A DNA stretch of 64,000 nucleotides from Chiloscyllium plagiosum (lineage: Eukaryota), in contig NC_057719.1 of the NCBI RefSeq assembly GCF_004010195.1, forward strand, positions 78,849,678 through 78,913,677, in the 5' to 3' direction. Below, piece after piece: positions 38,608-51,429 of this stretch (positions are counted from its first letter, which is position 1; every line of letters starts with the position of its first letter). Both the position numbers and the translations under genes were made by a program. The notes below the pieces were generated by a model, which saw nothing but the letters and a program-made list of their open reading frames with translations, made no database searches and was not told where the DNA came from.

Positions 38608-39439
38608 AAATTAACCTCCCAGCTCAGTGAGCAAGCCTACATCCAGAACCTCAACCTGAGCTACAAATCTTCTCAAAGCTTTAAGTGAATGTATTTACTA
38701 TTGTTCAAGTTTATTTCATGAGATTTGAGAAAATAATTCTCACAAAACTGCAATTATATTCCAAAAACAATCTACTATTGGTTGATGGATAAATAATAAA
38801 GAGCTTGCATTTATACATTGGTTTACATAATCTCAGAATACAGACAATGAAGTTCAGTTTTTGAAGGGCAGTCGCTGTTATAACTTGGTAACTTGTGGAC
38901 AGCCAGGTTACCCAAGGACAGCAGTGGAATATTCCAGTGACTTGCTTCAATGCAGTTGGCCGGGGAACCAGGTACACCTCTTTGTTTCTGTTCATATTTT
39001 ACCAAGGAATATTTTACATCCATGTGAAATGGAGCCTGGGAATGACAAATTGTCTGAAAATGGCACCTGCAAGCATTGCAGCAGTACTGCAGTGGGGTGT
39101 TAACCTAAGTGTTGCACAGTCAATTCCTGCCCTGTCATGCGATGCATTCCTGGACAATATCACCAATAGCAAAATTGTGAATGGGGAATACGTACTTATA
39201 ATACAAGACAGTGGGACGGTTTCAACCAATCAAATTATTGATATCTACAACACACACAGCACACTAAAATCTAAAGGTAGCAACATTAAACATGAAGATG
39301 TTCCAGTGGCAAATAAATGCAATAATCTAAGAGAAAAAGAAAATGTGTAACACTGAGCCTTAGTATAAGGTAGTGTTAGTGGATCACAAATTAGTGCACT
39401 GACCTTTGTCAGCCCACATCTAACATGGAAATTGATGCA

Positions 39440-39730
39440 TAGAGTCTCCAGTGTGGAAGCAGGCTACTTGAGTCCATACCAAGTCTCCAAAGATCATCCC
39501 ACCCAGACCCACCCCTGTAAACCCACATTTCCCACCTGGACATTATGGACGATTTAGTGTGGCCAATCCACCTAATCTGCACAACTTGGTTACTGTGGGA
39601 GAAAATCTGAGCACCTGCAGGAAATCAGCGCAGGCAAAGGAAGAATGTGTAAACCCCACACAGTCGGCTGATGCTGGAAGCAAACACAGTTCCTGCTGCT
39701 GTAAGGCAGCATTACTAACCACGAGCCACA
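39440..39730 (-). mobile_element. Diverged HE1-like SINE
   Basis: gtggccaatccacctaatctgcac core and degenerate head. Confidence 0.65.
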
Positions 39731-39812
39731 CATACCAGCCACACTTTGCAGATCATTAATGTCTCTATATATAACATCTCCCTCAGGGTTTTTTAAACTG
39801 CTTAATTTAAAG

Positions 39813-40310
39813 TTATAGAGTCATACAAATGTACAGCTTGGAAACAGACCCTTCGGTCCAACTTGTCGATGCCGATCAGATATCCCAACTCAACCTAGTT
39901 CACCTGCCAGCACCCGGCCCAATCCCTCCAAACCTTTCCTATTCATATATCCATCCAGATGCCTTTCAAATGATGCAACTGTACCAGCCTCCACCACTTC
40001 ATCTGCAGCTCATTCCATGCACGTACCATCCTCTGCATGAAAACATTGCCCCTTAGGACTCTTTTGTATCTTTCCCCTCTCACCCTAAACCTATGCCCTC
40101 TAGTTCTGTACTCCCCGACCCCAGGGAAAAGACTTTGGCTATTTGTCCTATCCATGCCTCTCATGATTTTATAAACGTCTATAAGGTCACCCCTCAGCCT
40201 CCAATGCTCCAGGGAGAACAGCTCCAGCTTATTCAACCTCTCCCTATAGCTCAAATCCCACTTTCAAGGAGCTATGAACCTGCACTCCAAGGTCTCTTTG
40301 TTCAGCAACA
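39813..40310 (-). mobile_element. CR1/HER1-like LINE 3' portion
   Basis: ORF SYRERLNKLELFSLEHWRLRGDLIDVYKIMRG. Confidence 0.9.
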
Positions 40311-41324
40311 CTTGATAAGTTGTTTTATTTGTATGGGTATTGCTGCAATGTATTTCACCTCCCAGACCAATTGATAAGCAACATTGATAGAGCTTTAGGT
40401 AAAATTGTGCAAATTAAAAAAACGCGAGTTTACAAATTCATAAATGACCGGTACACACTATGCAAGTTTCTGAAAATGGGTCTTCTAACATTGGGTGGAG
40501 CTGGCGGTCCAGATTGGGGCTAAGTGCTGCCACTGAGCCATGTCTGATATCCAATGAAGAAGGAAGTCTACAAATTGCACTGTCATGGATTACACGCCCC
40601 AGAACAGATTCACTTTGACTCTGTATTCAATGATTAGATACTTTAATGGTTTAAACAATATGGTTTACAGTCACTGAGTATAATCCATCAAGACAAATCA
40701 TGTCCAAAAAAAAGCTAAAGTTCAAAACTGAAGTAAGAAATATATTGTGTATAAAAATAGCTAATTTAAAAATCTTTAATTTCTTCATAAATTTCTTTAT
40801 ATCTTCTGATCCCATATGAACTGAGGATGTCAGTACCTAAATCGCATTGCTTGCTCAATTAATGATGACGAATAAAATAGTTCATACAAGAAAAGGACCA
40901 AACATAGACATTGGATAAAGTTTCAGGCATTGTCAACCTTCAAAACAATCTCCATTTCCTATTTTAACCAACTACGTCTTTGAGACAAACTGAATGTCCT
41001 GCTCCCAAGAATTACCTAACTCTGTTCAGTGTGTTTACACTAGAGAGACTTATTTAATTTATTCTTTTATGGTATGTAGGTATCAATGACATCACCAACA
41101 TTTGCTGACATCCCTTGAGCTGAACTGGGGGCAATTTCAGAGGGTGAACTGAATGGAGGTTTAAAACAATTAATAATGGCTTCATAGTCACCATCACTGA
41201 GACTAGCTTTTAATTCCAGGCTGATTAACTTAAGTTCCTCGAGTTGCCATGGCGCCTCTGGAATATTATTGCAGAGACATTATCCCCATACCCCTTTCCC
41301 TCCTCTCTCCTTTATGTCAGACCA

Positions 41325-41950
41325 CGGGAAATAGGAAAAGGAGCTGTCTGTTCAGCCCCTCTAGCCTTGTCCACTATTCAATGAGATCATTGCTGATCCA
41401 ATATTCCTCATGTCCACTTTCCTGCATTTTCCCCGTAACCCTTGATTCCCTCACTGATCAAGTATCTACCAGCCTTAGACAAATATAAGGACACTACCAA
41501 CACAGCTCTCTGTGGCAAGAAGATACAAAGACTCACAAACCTCACAGAGAAGAAATTCCTCCTCATCTCAATCTTTAACTGGCACCCCTTTTCTTCTGAG
41601 ATTTTGCTCTCTGGTCTTAGTCTCTCCCATGAGGGGAAACGTCCATTCAACATTTACCTTGTCAAGCCCTGTAAGAATTCTATATGTTTCAACGAGATCA
41701 CCTCTCATTCTTCTAAACCCCAATGAGTAGGGTTCCACTCTGTTTGGTCTTTGCTCATAAGTCAATCCCTCAGACCAGGGATCATCTTAGCGTTCCTTCT
41801 CTGAACTGCCTCAAATGAAATAATATCTTTGCTTAAATAAGGGGACCAAAACTGCTCACAGGACTCCAGATGACATCTCATCCGCACCTTGTACAGTTGC
41901 AGTAAGACTTCCCTACTCGAACCCCTTTAAAGTAACCACTAACATTCCAT
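41325..41950 (-). mobile_element. CR1 LINE 3' portion
   Basis: ORFs FRRMRGDLVETYRILTGLDKV and EMRRNFFS. Confidence 0.88.
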
Positions 41951-41992
41951 TAGCCCGATTCTGAATGTGAAACAGTACACGATGTTGACATG

Positions 41993-42487
41993 GGTTTGTG
42001 AACACGTTTCACTAGGTTTATCTGAACATGTTTCACTAGGTTGACCTGAACACGTTTCACTAGGTTTACCTGAGTATGTTTCGCTAGGTTTATCTTAACA
42101 CGTTTCATTAGATTTACCTGAACACATTTCACTAGGTTTATCTTAACATGTTTCACTGCGTTTACCTGAACACGTTTCACTAGGTTTACCTGAATATGTT
42201 TCGCTAAGTCCACCCGAACACGTTTCACTAGGTTTACCTAAACACGTTTCGCTAGGTTTACCTGAATATTTATTGCTAGGTTTACCTGAACAGGTTTTGT
42301 TAAGTTTACCTGAACACGTTTCACTAGGTCTAGCTCAGTACACTTCACTGGTTTACCTGAACATATTTTGCTAGGTTTATCTGAACATGTTTCACTAGGT
42401 TTAGCTGAACATATTTCGCTAGGTTTACCTGAACACATTTCAATAGGTCTACATGAATGCGTTTCGCTAGGTCTACCTGAACATATT
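41993..42487. repeat. 24-bp minisatellite, ~20 copies
   Basis: Consensus aacacgtttcactaggtttacctg repeated in register from 42001 to 42480. Confidence 0.97.
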
Positions 42488-42699
42488 TTTAACTGCTTTG
42501 GAGCAGACTCAGAGTTCATTTCTTACGTGTGAAGTGTCTCAGACTCTGCTCGGCAGAAGCAGAATTGATAGGTAACTCCACTTCAGAAAGCAGGCTGTCA
42601 TCTGGATATCTCAATTAATGCAGCATCTCTAGTTCATTTGTCTTTCTTGACCACTGCTTAGACTGTGGAAGATTGCTCCTGTTCAGAAAGTAGAGCATG

Positions 42700-45420
42700 C
42701 CTGCTCTATTGTGCTTGAATGGGGGAAGATCGTGGATGTGGTGTCTCTTCCACCTTTTGTCCATTGCAAGCATGGTCTCAAATTCACACCGGCTCTCTTG
42801 CTTGGAGGTCTAGCAGGTTGGGCGCATTGTGACATTGTTACATCTGACTGGAATGATCCTCAATCTCTTTTCTTTCTTCGCCTTGTCTAAGTCATCAGGT
42901 TGTATGTGTCAAAAATGCAGTTCTCAGTTTTCTCCCCAGGTAGAGCTAGGTGATTCTGGATTGGGGTAGAACGGTATCTCAGGTATCTTATATTAGATGG
43001 CGTCATTGGTCATCAGCAACGATTTCACTGAACATTTCTATTTCAGCTTTGGCTGGCTAATAGTGCAGATGAATCAACATGATGTTGTGAACTCATTGTG
43101 GAGCATTATCTGGGATTAAAAAGTTTGTTTACATGTTATAAAGATCTGTTACAAACACTTATGGTAAAGTCACCATAGTGCTACCGGATCATAACGCTGC
43201 TCTCTCATTAATGAAAGGGCAATAGTGGTGGTTTATTCTGAAGGTCACCACACCTCAGACAAGGGGAAAGGTTGAGAAGATATTCACTGCTTGACTTCTA
43301 TCCATCTGAAATTGTGTTTTATTACAATCAAGAACATCTTATCTCTGTCTTCAAAGAGGTCCATCCCAAGATGTTCCCATGCTCTTGATGGAACTGAAGA
43401 TGACACCAATGGTTCTTGTATCCCTTGATCAATAGCACTGACATAACCCTAATATAATTGTTTCCAATGTTCCTGGGAGACCTTCCACCAAACAGACCCA
43501 GTTGTCATTGCAGCAACCATTGCATACAATCAATACTTAATGACATCAAGGGGTATATGGACAGCATGGGAAAATGGTGCTGTGATAGATAATCAGCCAT
43601 GATCCAGAATGGTGAGCTAGGTTCGAGGGATGGAATAGTCAACTCCCTCTATTATGTTGCTATGTTTCTATATTGTGTCTCAGCACTCTCAGAATGGCCA
43701 ATTTTTCATCACAAATGTATAAATCACCTACTTTACTGAGGTGTTCTCTCTGATCACAGTGCTGTCTGAGAATGAGGTTGTGTAATTAGATTAGATTAGA
43801 TTACTTACAGTGTGGAAACAGGCTCTTTGGCCCAATAAGTCCACACCGACCCGCCGAAGCGCACCCACCCAGACCCATTCCCCTACATTTGTCCCTACGG
43901 GCAATTTAGCGTGGCCAATTCACCTAACCTGCACATTTTTGGACTGTGGGAGGAAACCGGAGCACCTGGAGGAAACCCACGCAAACACGGGGAGAATGTG
44001 CAAACTCCACACAGACAGTTGCCTGATGCGGGAATTGAACCCAGGTCACTGGTGCTGTGAGGCAGCAGTGCTAACCACTGTGCCTCTGTGCCGCCCACAA
44101 TATGCGTGCTGGTCATCATTTGACACAGCACTGACTGACAGAAGCGCATTCTTCAAATTTCTGTACATCTCTGTTTTCATTCAATCGCTGAATTCTTGCT
44201 TGAGGAGTGGTGTGTTTTTTTAAAAATTGATCTACAGATTTCCATTTCTTCAACAAAAACATCTCCGTATTCAGATCTTGCCAGAGGGATACAGGACAAA
44301 GCGTCTGCTGTGATCTGCTGCTTTCCTGAAACATACACCATCTTTGCATCAAACGGCACCATCCTCAATCTTATGCTTATACTTGGAGGCACTTTAGTCA
44401 ACTCCTTAGAATTTAAGAGCATCTATAAAAGTTTGTGGCTGTATATAAATGAAGGAGGGGAGATGCTTGAACTTACTTCTACAAATGGCAGGGGATGCTG
44501 GGTCAGTTGTTAATTTAAAATCTGAGATAGATTTTGTTTTGTTAAGCAATGGGTATTAATGGTTATGGGCCAAAGGCAACTACAGTGCTTATGGAGTTAG
44601 GCCACAGATCAGCCATGATCTCATTGAATGGCAGAACAGGCTCCAGGGGCTGAATGGCCCATTCTTGTTTCTATGTTCTGTCTGTATTGTGAAGATGCAG
44701 ATCACAACTTTCAAACATTTCACAACCCATACAACAGCTAATGTCACTGTATATTTCTGTTCAACCCTTGTTACTCTTTGCAAATTAAATTGGTCTATGC
44801 TTTCCATCAATCTTTATTTGAAAAAGTAAAGCTTACAGTCCTGTAGAGGGACTGTAACTGCAACAAAAAAATATAGGCTATAAACATCCCCATCTCAAAA
44901 GACATCCTCGCAATGATGTCCATGAGATTGGGCAAGAACTTTCAAATTTGTTTTGCATCATCCACTAATATCTCAAACTCAATTACAATCTGAGGTGCTA
45001 GCAACTCAATTGCCTTTGTCTCTATAGATGATCTCTGACACCAGATGTGCCCTGAGTTTGGCCCAATTACTTGACAATCAGCTAAGGGATTTTAATCTTA
45101 TTGAGTGCAAGTCCTGCTTGCTATAGTGTTGTAGTACTAAGTCTATTTGAGTGGTTCCAAGGATCAGGACATCATCCATCTAAATGCATTCATGTTCAGT
45201 CATTTGTGTCCTCTGGACAACTTCTAGTACTGATGTGATGCCAAAAAGTGATCTGCTGGAACAAAACCTTCCAAACATTGTCATGAAGGTTTGTGAGTTG
45301 CCTCCACTCTGTATCAAAAGGTAGTTACGAAAATTGTATCTACTTTTACAAGAATTGAAATCTTTCCCAGCTTTGCTGCCAACATTGACAAAGGATGAAC
45401 TTTGCATTTCACTGAGCTAA
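42700..45420 (-). mobile_element. Decayed Gypsy pol remnant with younger SINE/CR1 insertions
   Basis: RLRMVPFDAKMVYVSGKQQITADALS (RNase H end, ~44290-44380) and LRYRSTP (~42960-42985). CR1 3' ends at ~43545-43670 and 44510-44680. Confidence 0.6.
43787..44097 (-). mobile_element. HE1-like SINE
   Basis: (TTAGA)n tail with intact core and head. Confidence 0.92.
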
Positions 45421-46444
45421 GCAACATTCTGTAAGATGTATACAGATTCTGATAGGTCTGTCAGGTTTTGGTACTGGGACCACCTTTAAGCACCGTGGAG
45501 TCATCCAGCATTGAAACAGACCCTTTGGTCCAACCAGTCCATGCTGACCATGTTTCCAAACTAAGCTAGTCCTACTTGCCCTTTTGTCCCCATCACTCCA
45601 AACCTTCTCTATTCACGTGCTTGTCCGAATGCCTTTTACCTAGCTTGTTAATTCAGTCACAGGTAAACTAACACCTTGCTTTAACATAGAGTCAATTTAC
45701 TTCTTTCCCTTTAGCAAGAGTGGATGTGGAATTTATTGAGGACAAGGAGACACACTGACTTAATTTTAAGACATGATGTGGACTACTGCTTCCAGCTTTC
45801 CTATCCGCTATGGAAATCTAGCTCCAAAGATTTTAAGCTGATTTTCTTGGCTTACCAAGATCCTGCAAATCAGATGCAAGGAAGTAGAAGCTTTCCTGCT
45901 TTAGAGTTGACAACTCTGGTTTAGGATCACATGAGCTTTCTGATGCGAAACCTTATATCACATGTAAATTTCCCTCACTACATTAAAGGGTTGCATTCAA
46001 TTGTCCTATTACCCTGAGTTCTATACCTCCCAGCCCATGGAGTTTTATTTTTGATGGCTCAAGGAAGCATTTCTCCAAACATGTTTCCCCATCAATATGA
46101 ACCAAACCTACTGCATCTGTTTAACTTAAAATATATCTTGTTTCCCTCCACTAGGATATCAGTACTCCCATAACTGATTCCAACATTTATTGGAGGATTG
46201 GCATTTCCTTCTCATTAGCATCCTTTATTTCTTGGATCTTGTCATCTTATGAAGGATTCTCCTTTGTTTTATTTGGCACAAGCTTCTTGCTGTGACACAC
46301 AGCCAAGAAGAGACTTGTCTTACAAGAATCTTTGGTGGACCATGGACACTATTCCTGCCTCTCCTGCTTTTGTACAGCCACCTCTCTGCTTTACATTTTC
46401 ATATATAACTGAGTCAATCATTTTTCAGATACAGTGATCTGGTG

Positions 46445-46760
46445 GCTGAACGATGACTCAGTGGTTAGCACTGCTGCCTTACAGCACCAGAGATCCGGGT
46501 TTAATTCCACCCTCGGGTGACTGTCTGTGTGGAGTTTGCATGTTCTTCCTGTGTCTGCATGGGTTTCCTCCCACAATCCAAAGGTGTGCAGGTTAGGTGG
46601 ATTGGCCATGGGAAATTGTTTATAGTGTCCAGAGATGTGCAGGTTAGGTGGATTAGCCATGGGAAATGCAGGGTTAGAGGAATGGGGTGGGATGCTCTTC
46701 AGAGAGTTGTATGGACTTGGTGGCCTGAATGGCCTGTTTCCAAACTATAGGGATTCTATG
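46445..46760 (+). mobile_element. HE1-like SINE with internally duplicated core
   Basis: ctcagtggttagcactgctgcc head. gtgcaggttaggtggatt(g/a)gccatgggaaat is present twice. Confidence 0.87.
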
Positions 46761-47864
46761 ACATCCCAAATCACTGATTTATTTTGTTTTCTGTGCTCAG
46801 CTTGCCTACTCGGCTAAATTACCTTTGTTAATGTTAAGGCAGCCCTCAACTGCAAGAGATAATACAATGCTAGATCGAAGACTCCAACAAAATTTTTCTC
46901 TCTGATTAGTTAGTCTGCAGTACTCTAGAATTCTGCTGAGATGATTGATAAAAATATTGATATTTTCTATTGTCATGGAATATGCTTATTACATTCAGTT
47001 TGCTCAATTATATCTTTTATAGATTGAAGTAGGCAATCCTTTTAATTTCTTCCTCATATATAGTTTTCTCTTGGTCAATTCATTGCCTGGCTAAGTTACC
47101 ATCTGCACAGCCATTCATTGCATTCAGTAGTGTACTGAGATCATCAATATTTGATTTTGCAGTGAGACCCAATGCAGAGTGATATCAGGTAAAACTTCAG
47201 CACTAATTCAGCCATACTTCTATTAGTTGGATTCAATGACCTGCTCAAAACCTTCTAGCAATGGCAGAGACTATGACACTTTGTCTTTCACTAACTGCCA
47301 CCATTTAATCTTTTTGGTCTCACTGATCTGCTAAAGAATACTCACAGAGTTTGCTGAGGGAGGGAAAGCATTAACAAGAAACAAGTGCCGTGGCGTCATC
47401 TTGCCATGGGGCTGCGAGAGGGAGCAAAATTTGTGACATTGCATCACTTCCTGTCATTATGTATTCTGTGTCTCCTTAGCATATTGCACTGCTGGCTGTA
47501 ACTGGATCAACCACAGCACACCCACTTTAACAATATTATAGTATCAGTCTAATGTTAATCAAAGAGAAGAACCTTTATGAGGTGAAGGCATTGCCTTATC
47601 ACATATGCAGGATCCTTAAAACGTGTTTGGTTCTATATGCATTAAAATCTCATTATAACTATCTCTCTCCCCTCTACTAATATCCAGTTCTCCAAACTCT
47701 TTTCCCTTCCTTCTGAGAAGACAGTAGCACATATGGTATAGATGTGTAGCTTGATATCCTAGTTTTTTTTAAAAGCACTTTAACTCTATTGGTTACACAC
47801 ACAGTTTATCTTTGCACGTTTCAAAAAAAATACAGGAAGAAGAGTGAATGGAAGCTGAAGTTGT

Positions 47865-48225
47865 CTAGAAGTTGTATCGTGAGACAAAGATGATGACCTT
47901 GGAGATGTGCTTCATCAGGACTGTTTTTCCAGAGAGCTCCGTCATCTCCATTTCAACCTCCAAGGTGGCAGGGCCCTGGATAGGCTGCACCAGCACCAAC
48001 TCCCCTGTTTGCCTGTCTGAGCGTTGGATGGAGAAATGGTTCTGCCCATTGCCCCCTACAATACTGAAGCGCATGGTATCACCTACAAATCGGCTGCTGG
48101 TCATCCGGAACAGGGTCCTTGGGGTTCGTAGGTTGGAGGTTAAGGTCAGGTAGTGAAAGGTAATGGAGTATGCGGCATTTGCACACAACTTGTTTTCCAC
48201 TATGCATGGGTTTCTCTCACATTTA
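47865..48225 (-). CDS. FBLN7: Fibulin-7 / fibulin-7-like, last coding exon (fibulin C-terminal module and stop)
   Basis: Polypyrimidine tract and ttccAG at 48227-48226. Translates (F)KCERNPCIVENKLC...SITFHYLTLTSNLRTPRTLFRM...FSIQRSDRQTGELVLVQPIQGPATLEVEMEM...HISKVIIFVSRYNF*. The phase 2 start matches the previous exon. Confidence 0.95.
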
Positions 48226-48459
48226 CTGGAATGAAAATGAAAAAAAAAAATTGTAAGAATCAGGAATAAAGAAAGACTTTAACATTTCAGGTATATATTC
48301 TCCATGTATACAGCAGCAAGCTGGGCTGCAAGCAGTTTGTGAAGTAACAGCACCTTCCAATGTACTTCTGCAGGGGCTTGTGCTACAACATAGAAAGGTT
48401 GGGAACTTTGTAGAGGATTAGGCAAAAAGCAACTGTTTTAAAGAAGATTCAGATTTTGT

Positions 48460-49290
48460 AGAATCACCAAATTGTTATGGTGCAGGAGGCCCTTCGGCCC
48501 ATCATTGCTCCTCTCAGAATGAACACCATGACCTAGTGCTGTTCTCCCAACCTTTCCACATAACGTTGCTCATTATTTCTAGAGAAATAGTTATCAAATA
48601 TCCTCTTGATTGAAGCTACCCTTTATCACACTTCCAGACAGTCCAGACCTAAACCATTTGTTGCGTGACAAAGTTGTTTCTCATTGCATTTATTGTTTTA
48701 GCAAACTACTAAATCTGTGATCTCTTATCCTGATCATCAGGGAGAATTTCTACTTCTCTACTCTGTCTAGACTTCTCATGATTTTGAAAACTTCAATCAA
48801 ATCTCTTCTTATGTTTCTCCAGTCTGTGGAAAATGATCCCAACTTTTCCTATTTATCTGCATAACTAATAATTCTCATCATTGGAATCATTCTCCAATAT
48901 GCTCACAGCCTTCCCAAAATGTAGTGACCAATTATTGATACTGCAACTGATGAGTATCTGATGTATCCTTACAGATTGCTCCTGAACTCTATACCCCTAT
49001 TAATAACATCCAGGACACAGTGTGCTTTACTAACTACACTGTCCAAGTGTCCTGCAACCTTTACTGACTTATATATATTTACCCAGGTCTCTCTGCTCCT
49101 ACACACTCTTTACATTAGTATCTTTATTTTATATCGTCTCTCCATATTTTTTTCTACCAAAATATGTCACTTCACTCATCAGCATTGTGCCTCATCTGCC
49201 ACTGTCAATGTCCATCTGAAATTCTGCACAGTCCACCTCACAGCGTACAATGCTTCTAAGCTTGTACTGTGCACAAACTTTGAAATTTCC
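48460..49290 (-). mobile_element. Old CR1 LINE fragment (last intron)
   Basis: ctcatgattttgaaaacttcaatcaaatctc and other CR1-like motifs. Confidence 0.55.
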
Positions 49291-49291
49291 T

Positions 49292-49934
49292 GCAAAGGGA
49301 TACCGGGAGAGTGATTACGCTGTCACTTTAAAAGGTTATTGTGTCCTGGTGTTTTTGTTTTGAAGAGGTTGTAAGGCAGAGGTCTCTAAGAAAGTAAACA
49401 AGTTATGAGACCTTTAGGTTTTTTATAAAGTTGTCTCAATGGAAGCAGCCTGAATGGGCGTGGCCAGCTCTCACAGAGCCGGATTTCTGGGTTTTGAGAT
49501 TGTTTTTCAGTAACTTCAAAAGCTTTTGGGGTCTTAAAAGAGTTGGAAGCTTCAGTGAATGTCTCTTGGCTGCAACACACTTACAATTTTCTCTTGATGT
49601 TTCTTTCTGCTGGATTGGAAAACTGCATGTAAGAACCTGTTTTGAATTTGCCTTATTACTGAGGGGTATGCTTATGGGATGTTATTATATTGGAACAGTT
49701 AATTAGAAATAGGTACTGTATCTGCTATTCAGTTAAGTTTTCCAATAGTTACGTTATTCCAAATTCCTCTTTCTTTTGATGGAATTTTAACTCTCACATT
49801 GTTTTGCTTAACATTGAGTAGTTTGACCACACGAATCACATCTGGAACTGGCACTTCACATCTACCTTTAAAATGAGGGTCTAGTGGGCTACCTTCTTAA
49901 CATGTTTCGAGGGGTTCTGGTCTGGCCCATAATA
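49292..49934 (+). mobile_element. Possible solo LTR
   Basis: Starts TG and ends ggtctggcccataa(t)a, with tttataaa and a GC-box-like gggcgtgg. It sits between unrelated repeats. Confidence 0.45.
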
Positions 49935-49967
49935 GGAGCTACTGAAAGAGTAAGCAGTAATAGCCCA

Positions 49968-50290
49968 GATTAGATTAGATTCCCTACAGTGAGGAAACAG
50001 GCCCTTCGGCCCAACAAGTCCACACCGACCCTCCGAAGAGCAACCCACCCAGATCCATTCCCCCACAATTAACCCTGACAAATGCACCTAACACTATGGG
50101 CAATTTAGCATGGGAGATTCACCTGACCTGCACATGTTTGGACTGTGGGAGGAAACCGGAGCACCTGGAGGAAACACATGCAGACACGGGGAGAATGTGC
50201 AAACTCCACACAGACAGTTACCCGAGGCGGGAATTGAACCCGGGTCCCTGGCGCTGTGAGGCAGCAATGCTAACCACTGAGCCATTGTGC
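49968..50290 (-). mobile_element. HE1-like SINE
   Basis: Tail, core and head all present. Confidence 0.92.
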
Positions 50291-50735
50291 TCAATACTTA
50301 TAGTATCTGTGGTGATAGCTGTAGCTGTAGCTGATAGTTTAATATAAAGTCTTGTACTTACAAGCTGTCAGTGAATGATTGGATCCTGACTACATCATGT
50401 TTCAGCTTATACTACAATATCCTGCACACTGGAGATAAATACAGAGGTGTTTGCTTGATAACTGCAGATGGAATAAGGCTCTTGGCTCATCTCTCTTTCT
50501 TCTCCCTCCACCCGCCCTCTTGTAGCACCAGACTGGGGCTCAAGTGGTTCAGATATTCTGCCTCCACTGGTGGACGTGTCTCTCCTCCCCTATGTTGCAG
50601 ACACATGGGTTTGCTCAAAGGTATCCTCACTTAAATATGTTCTCATGTCCAGTCTTGGCCACTGAAAGACAATACTCAGAAGCCAGTCCCACTTTACCCC
50701 CAAAAGAGATATTCTTTAAAAGCACCAGAACTTAC

Positions 50736-50874
50736 AATTGTGATGTTTTTACGTAGCTGGCATTGTGCCGAGACTTTGGACACTCGGGGCGGACACAGTG
50801 GAATCCTCCGTGTATATTTATACAAATCTCCTCCCTGGTACAGTTGTGCTGATTGCTCATGCACTCATTAATAT
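50736..50874 (-). CDS. FBLN7: Fibulin-7 / fibulin-7-like, cbEGF exon
   Basis: Translates (D)INECMSNQHNCTREEICINIHGGFHCVRPECPKSRHNASYVKTSQ. Acceptor tacAG at 50876-50875, donor GTAAGT at 50735. 139 bp, phase 1-2. Confidence 0.93.
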
Positions 50875-51021
50875 CTGTAGAAGCAATAATGAAGTAGATA
50901 ATGCATGGGGAGCAGACAGTTACATTTGGGTTGAGGTAGGCAGCATTGAGGTACCTCAAGCAAAATAGTGGGTTATATAGATAATAACAGATAGCTGGGT
51001 ATGTGGACAAGGTTTGCTTAC

Positions 51022-51159
51022 CTTCACAGGTCCGTGAATCCTCCTGCAAGTTATATCCGGAGGGACATGTGCAATAATATGAACCTGGCATGTTCACACA
51101 AGAATGCGCACAGAGCCGAGCCAGTCGGCCTGTCTGAAACAACTCACACTCATCCACAT
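51022..51159 (-). CDS. FBLN7: Fibulin-7 / fibulin-7-like, cbEGF exon
   Basis: Translates (D)VDECELFQTGRLARLCAHSCVNMPGSYYCTCPSGYNLQEDSRTCE. Acceptor ttcAG at 51161-51160, donor GTAAGC at 51021. 138 bp, phase 1-1. Confidence 0.93.
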
Positions 51160-51429
51160 CTGAAGGAGAGACATACACAGTGATAGGTAAGCATTTGGAG
51201 AACAAGTGCTATCAACGGACCATTACAAAACTGGTGGGATTCGCAGTGCAGAACATCAGGCAGCGAAGCACTTGTTACATTTTCGGGAGCGTTTGCAACA
51301 GGTCACTGCTCTAGAATATTCTGATTTAGACCATTGCAACGGGAAGATCACAAAATGGGGACTGGGTTCAGGAAACAAATCAGAACATTTTTGGAGGACA
51401 GGAAGATGGGGAAGAGAGAAAGTAAGAGA

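Larger units (their letters stand above)
37762..38679. mobile_element. Penelope-like element in fold-back arrangement, with GIY-YIG endonuclease fragment
   Basis: KTNVIYKIPWKNYNKHYIGQTGRKLATRIHEHQ (GIY-YIG). Inverted arms at 37764-38149 and 38241-38645. TSD tttaagtgaa at 37752-37761 and 38680-38689. Confidence 0.92.

Noticed and set aside
38895..39350. 151-aa ORF
   Set aside because: No recognisable motif and no partner exons.
41993..42487. CRISPR-like array or repeat protein
   Set aside because: Units are contiguous with no unique spacers, there are no cas genes and the context is eukaryotic. The ORFs arise from the 24-bp period.
50732..51205. 157-aa single ORF
   Set aside because: It is read-through of two fibulin exons and a 147-bp stop-free intron with canonical GT-AG sites.
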